Shown here in pieces: positions 15,249 through 29,451 of a stretch of DNA of 64,000 nucleotides. Below the pieces are notes generated by a model that was not told the DNA's origin, searched no databases, and saw only the letters and a program-made list of their open reading frames with translations. The position numbers and the translations under genes were made by a program. The stretch is from Octopus vulgaris (lineage: Eukaryota), in NCBI GenBank assembly GCA_951406725.2, contig OX597839.1:27466001-27530000 (forward strand), in the 5' to 3' direction. Within the stretch, counting starts at the first letter, position 1. Every line of letters begins with the position of its first letter.

Positions 15249-15712
15249 TTGCATGTGTGTGTTTCTGTTTGCGTCTGTTTCCCACCACCGCTTGACAACC
15301 GGTGCTGGTGTGTTTACCTCCCCGTAATTTAGCGATTCGACAAAAGCGACCGATAGAATAAGTACAAGGCTTATTAAAAAATTAATCTTGGGGTCGATTA
15401 TTCGACTAAAACTCTTTAACGTGGTGCTCCAGCCTGACCGCAGTCAAATTGCTGAAGCAAGTAAAAAAAATAAAAGAATATCTGTGTCAACGATGTATGT
15501 CAATGTATTACAAACTATTGGATATAGCTGCATTCACTTCGAGCTTCATCCTGAAAAAAGATATGACGGCACAGTTTCATTTACCATGGTGCCGTGACTA
15601 CCAGAAATATTCCCACCATCACGACCAATTCCTGAGGCGGAGTAGAACAATAGAAATTTCCAAACACTTGGAATTCCTTCCAATTTGGCTCCAAAATATT
15701 CTAAAAATTGCC

Positions 15713-15912
15713 AGTGCAGGTGACACGTAAAAAGCACCCACTACACTCACGAAGTGGTTGGCGTTAGGAAGGGCATCCAGCTGTAGAAACATTGCCAGAT
15801 CAGACTGGAGCCTAGTGCAGCCTTCTGGCTTCCCAGATCCCCGGTCGAACCGTCCAACCCATGCTAGCATGGAGAACGGACGTTAAACGATGATGATGAT
15901 GATGATGATGAT
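15713..15912 (+). mobile_element. RTE-type retroposon 3' end with (GAT)n tail
   Basis: ggttggcgttaggaagggcatccagctgtagaaac...ggacgttaaac(gat)n. Confidence 0.6.
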
Positions 15913-16408
15913 GTTTTCAATGGCCGAATCCATTAAAAAAAAAGAAACCTGCGCAATAAGTTCACTTTGCTAAAAACAACTTTGTTAAATCAATGTCTTT
16001 AAATGGGAACATCGATCGGAAATGGATTAAAAATGGATTTAAAGAAAAAAAACAAGGGAGAGAGTAAAACAAATGAGACAATAATGTAGTTATCACTTAA
16101 TGTAGTTGTAGATTACTTTCCCGCGAGAGGTCAGGAGAGTCATGTTGGGAAAGCCTTTTGATCATGTATCTGTTCAGCCAGAGCAACAGTCGGAGGCTAA
16201 CTGAACGACGTCAACAACAACGGTGGCAGCAAAAAAAAAAAGAGAAGAAAGAAAAAAACTGGTATTCCGTCGCTTACGACGACGAGTGTTCCAGAGGATT
16301 CGATCAACGGATCAGAATGGTCGTGAAATTAATGTGCAAGTGGCTGAGAACACAGACATGTGACAAGGCTTTTAAAATAAAGAAAGGATCAGAGTATACA
16401 AAGGAGCC

Positions 16409-17089
16409 ATGAAGAAATTTGATAATATATTATGTAATGATAGGAATGGGATTTGCCCACTCTATAGGAACAAGTCATGGAACACTATAGAAAGGACAAA
16501 AAAGAAAATAAGGAAGGCCAACTCTTGGTATGATAGCCATAAATACCAGAGTGTCATGTTCGTTGACACCACCCCTGGAGGTGAACTAGCGTACCGCTTT
16601 AGAAGGACCCTAGATAAACTTAAACTAAGAATTAAGGTTGTTGAAAAGCCAGGCAACCCTATCAGATCTATAATTGGTAGAACCTATCCTTTTAGTAGAA
16701 CTCTCTGTACGGATAACTATTGCACTGTATGTAGATTTAGCCCACAAACGAACTGTAAAGCCAGAAATGTGGTCTATAGTATAAGATGTATAGAGGGACG
16801 ATGCAGTAACAAGACAGTAACATACGTAGGGGAAACTGCAAGAAGCATTGGTGAGCGGGTGAATGAACATTGGAGACAACTCAAGGAAGGTAAAAGCTCA
16901 TCGATTCTGTACCAACACGCCGAACAAGAACACGGGGGATCAATCAATAACATAGAGATTAAGATATTGTCCACACATAGAACAGATGCAACAATTAGAC
17001 AAATTACAGAAGCTACACATATAATAGAAAATAAACCTAGCCTGAATAGAAAACTAGAATGGAGCAATAGCGCACACCACAACATATGA
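16409..17089 (+). CDS. Duplicated C-terminal 226 aa of the PLE ORF (linker + GIY-YIG domain only)
   Basis: Translation identical to the last 226 aa of 17751-21674; a by-product of the partial tandem, expression unknown. Confidence 0.6.
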   Translation: MKKFDNILCNDRNGICPLYRNKSWNTIERTKKKIRKANSWYDSHKYQSVMFVDTTPGGELAYRFRRTLDKLKLRIKVVEKPGNPIRSIIGRTYPFSRTLCTDNYCTVCRFSPQTNCKARNVVYSIRCIEGRCSNKTVTYVGETARSIGERVNEHWRQLKEGKSSSILYQHAEQEHGGSINNIEIKILSTHRTDATIRQITEATHIIENKPSLNRKLEWSNSAHHNI

Positions 17090-17609
17090 CAATAGTGGAT
17101 CCTGCAAACATAATAAATACACAGGTAATTAAAGAAATAGAAATGAATATCTATGTGTATGTATATGTGTATATATATGTATATGTATATGTGTATATAT
17201 GTGTGTATATATGTATATATATATATGTATATGTATGTGTATGTATATATATATATATATGTATATGTATATTCTTTTTTTTTTTTTTTTTTTCTCGATT
17301 AGATTTATTATTATTATTACTAATATTGTTGTTATACATACATACAAGCATATGTAATGATAATAATGGGTGGATGTAAACACATGAACAAAATTAGAAC
17401 AAAAGCAACAACAACAAAAACAAAATACAAATTACAAGAATGTATATAACCAGAAGATACAAATATTACAGACATCCCCCCCCCACACACACTAAATAAA
17501 CATAGACGCACATAGAGATATAAGCATGCGCAAATGAAGACATACAATAGAAATACAAAATGGCTGACGGTTAGTAAGGAGAGACACAAGTAAGTGAGAA
17601 GAAAACAAA

Positions 17610-17654
17610 GGACCACTGATGCGGTCACAGGAGTGTGACGAAAGAACTTTGGCC
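17610..17654 (+). ncRNA. Candidate non-canonical minimal type-I hammerhead ribozyme in the 5' pLTR
   Basis: GGACCA-CUGAUGC-G-GUCACA(GGAG)UGUGAC-GAAA-GAAC-UU-UGGCC: 6-bp stem II, GAAA box, short stem III, stem I CCA/UGG; A9 replaced by C. Confidence 0.5.
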
Positions 17655-17750
17655 GAAATAAGATTAAGATTAATGTAAAAAATAAATATCACTGAAGCAA
17701 AATAACACCAAATATATAGTGCGTGTGTTTTTATTGGCTAAACTGGCAAT

Positions 17751-20700
17751 ATGACCATTCCGAAATATAACAATATCTGTTTCAACACACGACTTCACAT
17801 AAAAAATCTTGCACAACAAATATTTAAACGTACTAACGTGAGCCACAGCCAGGCTTGCAAGATGCCGAAGAACACTATATTTTGTTGCCTAAAGAAAACT
17901 GTGACAACGCAACAGCTTCGTTTTATAAAACAATGTGTCTCGTCCAGGATATGTATCAACAAGGTCACAGCCAACATTAAACGGCTTGACCTCACTAACG
18001 GACAAGCGGAAAGACTAAAAAGGACGCTAATGGTAAATATTAGAAATAGAATATACAGAGAGCTGAGCGAACAAGAGAAGCGTAAACGTATATTTTTAAA
18101 AGAAATTAAAAGTATCACCACACGAAAGGAGAAAACCTTAATAATGGATATAATATATGAAGAAAACAGACATGTAATACACCAATGCAATATCCATTTT
18201 AAGAGGAAGTTATCGTGGTTGAAACAGAAACGTCAATATGAGCTCGCAAAGGAAGAAAAGCAGAAGTATCCAGATACAATAAATGGAATTATTATGGAAG
18301 ATGTGCTACTACCAGAAGAGTTCAATAAAGACAATGAAGCGAACATCTATGGGGGAGTAACAACGGACCCAGATGAAATATCGATACTTCAACTACCACC
18401 AAAGTATGCAGTGTATAGTAAAGTGAATACCATCAAATGCCTGTCCGAGATTGAAAAGTCGTTCACAAAAATACGTTGGAATTTAAATAGATACTATGAC
18501 AACAACACTTGCGACAACAACAACGCGAAAAACACTAACCGCAGCAACAACAACACAAACAATAATGACCGCAACAATAACAACCGTAGCAACAAAAGCA
18601 ACACGAACCCTAACAGCGGCAACAACAACAACAACACGAACCCTAACAGCGACAACAACAATAACAATAGAAAAAATGTATGCATAGACACAAACAATAG
18701 ATACAAAAACAAAAACACAAACAGAGAGAGAAAAATCGTATACAACAGCAACAACAACAACAATTATAGGGAGAACCGACACACAAACACACACACAGAT
18801 AGCCATAGTCACAAAAACACGAATAAAAGTTGTGTCATAGGGGTCACGATAGAGAATAAAGTTGAATGCAACAGGATCCTTGGACAGGGAGTCAGCGGAC
18901 TTGAAACAGATAACAATATTCATAGGAACAAAAATAACGACCGCAACAAGGGGATTGACAGGGACCAACAGACAGACATAAAACCCAACACTAATATAAA
19001 CAACACATACACCAGAAACAGGAACAATGAATATATCACTAGCGATGATAGTAATAATGGCAATGGTAGGAATAAAGGTAATAACAATAATAGTGGTAGT
19101 AGTAGTGGTGATGGTAACAGTAGAAGTAGTAATGAGGATAGTAGTGATAGTTGTGGTGGTAATAGGAATACTAGTAGTAGTAGTAGTAGTGGTAATGGTG
19201 ATAATAATAATAGGAAGGCTGATGTTGGAAACAGAAACGATAATGAAGATAACCCTAGAGAGACCATTGACATGTATACCCATCCCTTTGACACTCAATT
19301 CTTCAACGTATGCGACAAAACTTACTGCATGAACCGAATTTATCCAACAACATTACCCTTCAACAAAAGGGTATACATCCCAAGACGTACTAATGACCAC
19401 ATGGAAGCACAGTTCACTATAGCTAGGACCAAACTTAGACAGATTTTAGGTTTATACATTAAGAGACAGAGACAGAATAAGACAGATGCCCAACAACTAG
19501 AGATTAAACCTGCATGTGGCCTACAGAAGCTCATTCATCGCACGAGGAATGGAGAGGTGATATGCCTTCCCACGGATAAGTCCGGCAGGATGTCAATAGA
19601 CAGCTTACCGAACTACATCCAGGCAATGCAACCTCATATCGCCAATACAAAAGTAACAACTGTACAGGCGCATGAGGAGAGAGAAAAGGTCCTCAATGCC
19701 CACATGATGATGTGGACAATTGTTCTGGGACCTCAGAAACGTACTGCAAAGAATTTCCAAGCCTGGAACAATGATATCCCGGCACTGTATGGACTTCGCA
19801 AGGACCATAAAGGTTTTACTGACCCTATAGCAGGACCACCAACAAGACCAGTCTGTGGAGCGAATATCGCTAGCAATTACAGAATCTCCTACTTCCTCTC
19901 AATCATCATACGCCCTATAATCAGGATGTCACCTGATGTATGTGACAGCACAGAAGATCTCCTAAGCAGGATCAGTGACTGTAACAAAACTTGTGACTTG
20001 ACAGGATGTATAGTAGGTAGCATGGATGTGGTATCCCTATACCCATCGATTGACGTAGATTTTGCAGTGGAGAAGTGCGTGGAGATGATCAACGAGAGCC
20101 AGGTGGAGTTCTGTAATGTCGACACAGAAGAACTGGGCCTCCTACTTAGACTGACATATAATAGTGAATACTTAGATAAACATAATCTTAGTAGTTTCTG
20201 CCCCAGTAGATGTTTAAGAGGTAGACCGCCTACAATTACTTCTATGGCTAGGAAGACACATATAGAAAGATGGCGCGGATGGACCAGAGCCATACGGAGC
20301 CCCGCAAATGTCCATCAGGTAAAGAAAATGATCGCACATGCACTAGGAGCTAGTATAAGAGTTACCCTAAAAGGCCACACATTTAAATTTAATAATAAAA
20401 TATATGCCCAGGACGAGGGGGCAGCCATCGGTGTTAGTATCGCTGGTGATGTGGCCAACCTCTTCATGGTATGGTGGGACAGAAGGCTTAAAGAATGCCT
20501 ACTGCAGAAATCCATACTCGTAAACATGTACTCTCGCTATGTTGATGATATCAATATAGTAGTAAAGGCACCCCCACAAGAGAGTACGGTTGATATAGTA
20601 ATAGAAACTAATACTATGGAGAGCATCCAGCAAATAGCTAACTCCATCCACCAGAGTATTAAGGTCACAATAGACTACCCCACTAAACACCCCAACCATA

Positions 20701-21674
20701 GACTACCAGTACTAGACACTGAACTCTGGCTAGAAATTGTGAAAAATAAAACCCAAATCCTTCATTCATACTATGCAAAACCTATGGCCTCAAAATACCT
20801 GATCCACCGGAACTCAGCCATTGCGGGCAATGCCAAATTCAATATTTTGATGGCAGACCTCGTCAGAATAATGAGAAATGTGTCACGCATGTGCGAGCCT
20901 ACAGAATTAAAGAGACACATACAGTATTTCATTCACCGCATGCAGTTCTCAGGTTACAGCCATAAAGAAAGGATCAGAGTATACAAAGGAGCCATGAAGA
21001 AATTTGATAATATATTATGTAATGATAGGAATGGGATTTGCCCACTCTATAGGAACAAGTCATGGAACACTATAGAAAGGACAAAAAAGAAAATAAGGAA
21101 GGCCAACTCTTGGTATGATAGCCATAAATACCAGAGTGTCATGTTCGTTGACACCACCCCTGGAGGTGAACTAGCGTACCGCTTTAGAAGGACCCTAGAT
21201 AAACTTAAACTAAGAATTAAGGTTGTTGAAAAGCCAGGCAACCCTATCAGATCTATAATTGGTAGAACCTATCCTTTTAGTAGAACTCTCTGTACGGATA
21301 ACTATTGCACTGTATGTAGATTTAGCCCACAAACGAACTGTAAAGCCAGAAATGTGGTCTATAGTATAAGATGTATAGAGGGACGATGCAGTAACAAGAC
21401 AGTAACATACGTAGGGGAAACTGCAAGAAGCATTGGTGAGCGGGTGAATGAACATTGGAGACAACTCAAGGAAGGTAAAAGCTCATCGATTCTGTACCAA
21501 CACGCCGAACAAGAACACGGGGGATCAATCAATAACATAGAGATTAAGATATTGTCCACACATAGAACAGATGCAACAATTAGACAAATTACAGAAGCTA
21601 CACATATAATAGAAAATAAACCTAGCCTGAATAGAAAACTAGAATGGAGCAATAGCGCACACCACAACATATGA
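17751..21674 (+). CDS. PLE polyprotein: reverse transcriptase + GIY-YIG endonuclease (1307 aa)
   Basis: Uninterrupted ORF with PLE RT motifs [34 protein letters not shown] (~20019), [28 protein letters not shown] (~20529), LPVLDT, YYAKP; Cys linker [11 protein letters not shown]; [40 protein letters not shown]. True start codon uncertain. Confidence 0.93.
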   Translation: MTIPKYNNICFNTRLHIKNLAQQIFKRTNVSHSQACKMPKNTIFCCLKKTVTTQQLRFIKQCVSSRICINKVTANIKRLDLTNGQAERLKRTLMVNIRNRIYRELSEQEKRKRIFLKEIKSITTRKEKTLIMDIIYEENRHVIHQCNIHFKRKLSWLKQKRQYELAKEEKQKYPDTINGIIMEDVLLPEEFNKDNEANIYGGVTTDPDEISILQLPPKYAVYSKVNTIKCLSEIEKSFTKIRWNLNRYYDNNTCDNNNAKNTNRSNNNTNNNDRNNNNRSNKSNTNPNSGNNNNNTNPNSDNNNNNRKNVCIDTNNRYKNKNTNRERKIVYNSNNNNNYRENRHTNTHTDSHSHKNTNKSCVIGVTIENKVECNRILGQGVSGLETDNNIHRNKNNDRNKGIDRDQQTDIKPNTNINNTYTRNRNNEYITSDDSNNGNGRNKGNNNNSGSSSGDGNSRSSNEDSSDSCGGNRNTSSSSSSGNGDNNNRKADVGNRNDNEDNPRETIDMYTHPFDTQFFNVCDKTYCMNRIYPTTLPFNKRVYIPRRTNDHMEAQFTIARTKLRQILGLYIKRQRQNKTDAQQLEIKPACGLQKLIHRTRNGEVICLPTDKSGRMSIDSLPNYIQAMQPHIANTKVTTVQAHEEREKVLNAHMMMWTIVLGPQKRTAKNFQAWNNDIPALYGLRKDHKGFTDPIAGPPTRPVCGANIASNYRISYFLSIIIRPIIRMSPDVCDSTEDLLSRISDCNKTCDLTGCIVGSMDVVSLYPSIDVDFAVEKCVEMINESQVEFCNVDTEELGLLLRLTYNSEYLDKHNLSSFCPSRCLRGRPPTITSMARKTHIERWRGWTRAIRSPANVHQVKKMIAHALGASIRVTLKGHTFKFNNKIYAQDEGAAIGVSIAGDVANLFMVWWDRRLKECLLQKSILVNMYSRYVDDINIVVKAPPQESTVDIVIETNTMESIQQIANSIHQSIKVTIDYPTKHPNHRLPVLDTELWLEIVKNKTQILHSYYAKPMASKYLIHRNSAIAGNAKFNILMADLVRIMRNVSRMCEPTELKRHIQYFIHRMQFSGYSHKERIRVYKGAMKKFDNILCNDRNGICPLYRNKSWNTIERTKKKIRKANSWYDSHKYQSVMFVDTTPGGELAYRFRRTLDKLKLRIKVVEKPGNPIRSIIGRTYPFSRTLCTDNYCTVCRFSPQTNCKARNVVYSIRCIEGRCSNKTVTYVGETARSIGERVNEHWRQLKEGKSSSILYQHAEQEHGGSINNIEIKILSTHRTDATIRQITEATHIIENKPSLNRKLEWSNSAHHNI

Positions 21675-22358
21675 CAATAGTGGATCCTGCAAACATAATA
21701 AATACACAGGTAATTAAAGAAATAGAAATGAATATCTATGTGTATGTATATGTGTATATATATGTATATGTATATGTGTATATATGTGTGTATATATGTA
21801 TATATATATATGTATATGTATGTGTATGTATATATATATATATATATGTATATGTATATTCTTTTTTTTTTTTTTTTTTTTTTCTCGATTAGATTTATTA
21901 TTATTATTACTAATATTGTTGTTATACATACATACAAGCATATGTAATGATAATAATGGGTGGATGTAAACACATGAACAAAATTAGAACAAAAGCAACA
22001 ACAACAAAAACAAAATACAAATTACAAGAATGTATATAACCAGAAGATACAAATATTACAGACATCCCCCCCACACACACACTAAATAAACATAGACGCA
22101 CATAGAGATATAAGCATGCGCAAATGAAGACATACAATAGAAATACAAAATGGCTGACGGTTAGTAAGGAGAGACACAAGTAAGTGAGAAGAAAACAAAG
22201 GACCACTGATGCGGTCACAGGAGTGTGACGAAAGAACTTTGGCCGAAATAAGATTAAGATTAATGTAAAAAATAAATATCACTGAAGCAAAATAACACCA
22301 AATATATAGTGCGTGTGTTTTTATTGGCTAAACTGGCAATATGACCATTCCGAAATAT

Positions 22359-22366
<8 letters not shown>
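20962..22366 (+). repeat. 3' pseudo-LTR of the PLE
   Basis: Direct repeat of 16377-17776 (offset 4585-4590). Confidence 0.95.
22200..22244 (+). ncRNA. Second copy of the candidate hammerhead in the 3' pLTR
   Basis: Same sequence as 17610-17654. Confidence 0.5.
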
Positions 22367-22415
<49 letters not shown>

Positions 22416-23061
22416 TGCAGGCGTGGCTGCGTGGTAAGAAGCTTGCTTCCCAACCACATGGTTCCGGGTCAATCCCACTGTGTGACACCTTGGGCAAGTG
22501 TCTTCTGCTATAGCCTCGGGCCGACCAAAGCCTTGGGAGTGGATTCGGTAGACGGAAACTGAAAGAAGCTTGTCCTTCTGTAATAATGGCAACCATGTCA
22601 GCTTTCTTATAACTTAGTATCTTAGCTAAAAAAAACGAGCAGGCACAATTATGTAGCTTTTCTGTGTATTATATCCGGCATTGTGAAGGCGCATGGCTCG
22701 GTTGTTAAAGTGTCGGGCTCATAATCATGAGGTTGTGAGTTCGATACCTTATTTCACATTGCTCCAGTTCACTCAGCTGTAGAAATGACTGGTGCCAAGC
22801 TGTTTCGGCCTTTGCCTTTCCCTTGGACAACACCGGTAGCATGAAGAGGGGAGACTGGTATGCATGGATGACTGCTAGTCTTCCATAAAACAACCTTGCC
22901 TGGACTTGTGCCTCAGAGGGTAACTTTCTAGGTGCAATCCCATGGTCACTCATCACCGAAGGGGGTCTTTACCCTTTTATATCCTACATATCTACATGTG
23001 GCCAAATAAATTTTCAGAAGTGCCATCTTTCTGTAATTATACTCTTTATAAGACCAGATAT

Positions 23062-23361
23062 GTTAGTTAGTTAGTTAGTTAATTTTTTGGCTCAAAAGCA
23101 AAAAGCAAGGCCATGTAGGGGGACATGGAGTTATGTACAGGGTGGTGTTCATGTAAAGAGTTCAGGCCACTTGAGGTCAAGGGAGACTTTGAACAAAGCG
23201 GTCGTCGGCATCTTCACCATCTCGTCTGGCAGCTTGTTCCACGGATCCGCAACCCGGACGGAGAAAGCTCCTCTCCTTCGATTGAGATGAAATCGTCGCA
23301 GGTAGAGCTTTTCGGAATGACCCCACAGCTGACGCTCTGGAGCAGGAGTGATTTTGATCAC
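23062..23361 (-). pseudogene. CR1-type LINE 3' end
   Basis: ORF2 C-terminus GHSEKL..RRGAFSVRVADPWNKLPDEMV..FKVSLD, short 3' UTR, (TAAC)n tail. Confidence 0.85.
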
Positions 23362-23869
23362 AGTCCTATTTCTGTAAATTATAGCCTAAATATTGCATGT
23401 CCTGAATAAAGCATTAAACCACATTCGTTGGTGAGGTTCCAGCTCAGGAATTCAATATAGAGTTCCTCCATCTTAGTCACTGCTTCATCCGAGTCCACCT
23501 TCAGGTATTTGGTCGTATTACCTCAACAGAGGTCCGGTTATGGAAGAAATGAAAAAAGTTCTGTGATTAAGGCGTGATTAAAACATACAGAACTCGGGAG
23601 GAAGGCTGGTCCCTAAGAATATGACACAAAGGTCCACAGTTGTGTGGGCATTCTCTGATGTCCTTTGAACCTGATCCCCTACCCAAGGCTCAGGTTGGCT
23701 CCATGTCCGAATTGTAAGATCAGGAGAGTAGAAGATTAGCAGAGAAGATTGTAAACAGACTACCGGCAGGCTGTAGATAACCGTTACGGCATCTTTCTCA
23801 AAAAAGATGATATTTGCATGAAGGTCTGCGATTATAGATGCTTATAAGTACATCGCCTGTAGAGATAGA

Positions 23870-24760
<891 letters not shown>

Positions 24761-24793
24761 GAGAGAAAGAGGACAAAAAAAAGGGGGGGTTAA

Positions 24794-24940
<147 letters not shown>

Positions 24941-25977
24941 TACAGGTAGGTAGATAGATAGATAGATAGATAGATAGATGGATGGATAGATAAACACGTA
25001 GAAAGAGAAACAGATAGATAGATAGAGAGAGTGAGATAGCAAGTATAATTATGACCACATATTTTCGTGACCTAAATAAAGCCAACCGTAATTATGAACA
25101 AATTATTAACAAATCATCTTTTTGATAATTGTTTTTTAGTCATTAGAGTGTTTTCATCAGAAATTTCCATATTTTCAAAGACATTTCTGAAGCTATTTGA
25201 AAATAAATGAAGTCTTAGATGAAAGCCAAGACTTCTGAGCTACAGGGACCGAAATATTATTTCTTTTTCTTATTTTTTAATTAAAACTTTAATTAATTCT
25301 GTGTAATTTTTCCCTTATGCTTTCGTCAACACATCCTTTGTTTACGCTTCTTTTTTTTTTTGTTATATTCTTCATTTAAAAACAAACTACCTTCGATTTT
25401 TGGAACACTGTTCCGAACTTATGATTTCACAAATATTCCAGTATTTAAAAGTTTGCCTTCAAGACTTGAAAACGACGCAAAAATAATTTGGAATGCTTCA
25501 CTTGTTAACAAGTATCACGTGCAATCCACCAACCAAAGAATTATTTCTCAAAGATGATATTTTTCTCCCCGATCTACCTTCCGTTTCTACACCAATAACT
25601 TCCTTTTCTGCAGCGCCTTCTTTTATTACTTCCGATCAGCCTCAAGTCTTCTCTCACTCATTCTATATATTTCAAAGACCAAGTGACACCGAGCACTACT
25701 TCGAATAGTTTCGCCCCTCCTCGAGTTACAAAGATTCTATATTGATACATTCTTTAGAGTAGATTTGACAGTGTAATGTGAGAAAATTTCTAGCACTTCG
25801 AATGGATGCAAACACCAACGTTAGATTAAAAATAGAGTTTCACAACCACACGGTTCTGGTTTCGAGATAAAATAGCTTTGCATCTTGGACAAGTATCTGC
25901 TACTTTCACAGCTTTGAGTTTAGGTAGCTCTTACACCTTATAATTGCAAGTTGGTACCGAAGAACTTATTTAAGCAA

Positions 25978-26078
25978 CCATCTGAAGATGAGCGTCTTAT
26001 ACCTTGTATGGATGAGAGAGATTATGCATGTTATTGAGTGTACTGTGAATGTAAAAATGTGTCGAAACAATTGTAGTG
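25978..26078 (+). ncRNA. Hammerhead-like motif with long stem II insert and palindromic stem III
   Basis: CAU-CUGAAGA-U-GA...UC-GAAA-CAAUUG-UA-GUG. Confidence 0.5.
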
Positions 26079-26118
26079 AATTTAAATACAGAATGACGTT
26101 CAATTCATTTTCTATCAT

Positions 26119-26187
<69 letters not shown>

Positions 26188-26193
26188 CATCCA

Positions 26194-26331
<138 letters not shown>

Positions 26332-26352
26332 CATATATATAATATATATATA

Positions 26353-26396
<44 letters not shown>

Positions 26397-26440
26397 CATA
26401 CATACATATATATATATACATATATATATACATATATATA

Positions 26441-26672
26441 CCGGAGTAAACACATAAATGTGAAACAAGGTGGAAAAAAGAGTACTCAAATACCAGTGGT
26501 AGAGTAATATGCTTTATTTTAAGCAGCAGAAAATTCAACAAAATCTGTTACTCTGAGTTTCTCGTTGTCGTTCATCGTACAGTTTTTGCTAGAATAAACT
26601 GTCCGATGAACGGCAATGGGAAACTCAGAGTAACAGGTTTGTTGAATTTTCTGCTGCTTTAAATAAAGTATA
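26441..26672. mobile_element. Short non-coding element in (TA)n with a ~75-bp inverted repeat, each arm holding a hammerhead-like motif
   Basis: Arms ~26511-26585 and ~26596-26668 are imperfect reverse complements; the leader sequence recurs at ~33559. Confidence 0.65.
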
Positions 26673-26809
26673 AATATATATATGTATATATGTGTACATA
26701 CACACATATATATATATATTTGGTGTCCTGTACTCATATATGCGTGTATAGATACATGAAGAGGTAGGTACGTACATATATGTATGTATATATGCATATG
26801 TTTTATTTA

Positions 26810-26857
<48 letters not shown>

Positions 26858-27048
26858 TCATTCAAAATGTGACCGCGTGTGTACCGTTGGCCTTCCCTTC
26901 TTTGGATCTTTCCTTTTCCTATGTTTCTGACTAAGAGCTCCGCTAAAACGTTAAACCCTCCTTCCTTCCTGAGCGTTCAATAATACTATATTTGTTCCAC
27001 ATCTTCGCGTTGTTGTGTTTTCTCTTTGTGTTTTCATGTTTGGATTAA

Positions 27049-27121
<73 letters not shown>

Positions 27122-27318
27122 TGTATGTTCGTATGTATGTATGTATGTATGTATGTATGTATGTATGTGTGTTTGTGTGTATATATATTTATATATATAT
27201 ATATATATATATACGTACATATATATATACATATATATATATACATATGTATATCTATGTACATACATATACTTATATATAAACATATATTTATATGTGT
27301 GTTTGTATATATATGTAT

Positions 27319-27372
<54 letters not shown>

Positions 27373-27820
27373 GAGCACATAGGTCAGACAGAAATAGACG
27401 TAAGGAGTGTAGATAAAAACACGCACACACACACACACATACACACGTATATGCGTATGTGTGTGTGTGTGCGTGTAGGATATACATGCATGTACACACA
27501 CACACACAAATACGTAGCATATTAAATAGACTAAGAAAGCCTATCGAAATGTGAGAAAAGCTGTTGCTCTCTACCATTCATACACATACATATATACAAA
27601 CACACACATACACACACGCATAGATATATATACATACATACATGTATGTGAGTGTGTGTAATGCATAAATACACGCATGCATATTTTTATAAAATATATT
27701 ATGCGTATGCATATGCATAAATATATATATATATATACATATGTGTGTGTGTGTGTGTGTGTGTGTGTTTGTGTATGTACACATCTCTTCCTCTATCTCT
27801 CACTCTTTCTTTCTCTTCCT

Positions 27821-27851
<31 letters not shown>

Positions 27852-27992
27852 CCCCTTTCACACTTTGTTTCTCTGTTTTCCTTTCTCTCTCTTTTCTTTC
27901 TCATTTCTCTTTCTTTCTCTCTTTACATATATATATACATATACATATGTATGTATGTATGTATATATATATGTATAAGTATTTATATACAT

Positions 27993-28023
<31 letters not shown>

Positions 28024-28035
28024 CACATCTATCTA

Positions 28036-28074
<39 letters not shown>

Positions 28075-28093
28075 CTATCTATCTATCTATCTA

Positions 28094-28149
<56 letters not shown>

Positions 28150-28729
28150 TAGATAGATGTGTATATATTATATATATATATATGTGTGTGTGTGTATGGG
28201 TGTGAGTGCATATGTATATATATATATATATATATATATGAATAAAAAAATACACTCATCTATATATATATATACACACACACACATGCATGCACTTTAC
28301 CATTTCTTTTAGGAACGTCTTCCTTTTATTATCTACAACAACAACAACAGCAACAACAACAACAACAACAACAACAGACCCAGCAACGGCAACCGCCTGA
28401 CAACGAAAGAAAGACCATTCCGCCATTTACTGGAATCACTCTGGCTCAGACACGCAAAATCGTGTCATACAGATTCAATATAACCTAAATCGGGACAGCA
28501 TTTACCTGAGACCTTCCTCTTTTGCTCTTCTTTCATTTCTATCTACCTCTCTCCTTCCCTCCCTCCCTCGCACTCTCTCTTCCTCGCACTCTCTTTCTCT
28601 CTCTCTCGTTGTTTCTCTCTTTCTGTTTCTATTTTTCTAATTTGGTCTTCTGTGTTTTTCTTTAAATAAATGTAAATCAAGATATGTTTTGTCTTATATT
28701 TCATTTGTTAGTCTACTATTATCTCTCTA

Positions 28730-28804
<75 letters not shown>

Positions 28805-28872
28805 CCTACCTATCTGTCTATCTGTCTATCTATCTATCTCTCCATTCATCTATTTATCTTTCGACCTATCTG

Positions 28873-28965
<93 letters not shown>

Positions 28966-28972
28966 TTGTCTT

Positions 28973-29054
<82 letters not shown>

Positions 29055-29420
29055 GACCTATCTATCTATCTATCTACACACAAACACACACACACACAAA
29101 TATATATATGCATGTATGTATGTATATATTTCATCGTTGTTTTCTCATTCTTCCTCTCTTTCTCTTTTTGTCTCTGTCTCTCTTTCTCTCTGTCTTCCTC
29201 GCTTTCTCTCTCTTATTCCCTCTTGCTTTTTCTGCCTCTCTCTCTCTCTCTTCCTCTCTCATTTTCTCTCCATTTCTTCAAGTTTTCTTTTACTCTTCCA
29301 CTCTCTTTCTCTCTTATCTTCTCTGTTTCTCTCTCTTTTCTCTCGTTTCTCGCTCATTTCTCTTCCTGTCTTTCTCTCTTTCCTTCCCTCATTCCCACTT
29401 TCTCTTGCTCTACATAGCTT

Positions 29421-29451
<31 letters not shown>

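Larger units (their letters stand above)
16377..17776 (+). repeat. 5' pseudo-LTR (upstream truncated copy of the PLE 3' end)
   Basis: Matches 20962-22366 from ataaagaaaggatcag to cgaaatataacaatat; the differences I can see lie in microsatellite and homopolymer runs. Confidence 0.95.
16377..22366 (+). mobile_element. Penelope-like retroelement (C-terminal GIY-YIG type), partial-tandem structure with direct pseudo-LTRs
   Basis: Single RT + GIY-YIG ORF; 16377-17776 is repeated at 20962-22366; the 3' end runs directly into a (TA)n tract; the 5' end abuts a truncated SINE. Confidence 0.95.

Noticed and set aside
18483-19298. Antisense 271-aa hydrophobic ORF within the PLE
   Set aside because: Mirror of the Asn-rich repeat (GTT/ATT codons); no independent evidence.
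16377-22366. LTR retrotransposon or retrovirus
   Set aside because: No gag, protease, RNase H or integrase and no TG..CA ends; the repeat includes coding sequence, which marks a PLE pseudo-LTR.
23380-23830. Possible additional LINE coding remnant
   Set aside because: No recognisable motif in the frames I examined; cannot be supported without a search.
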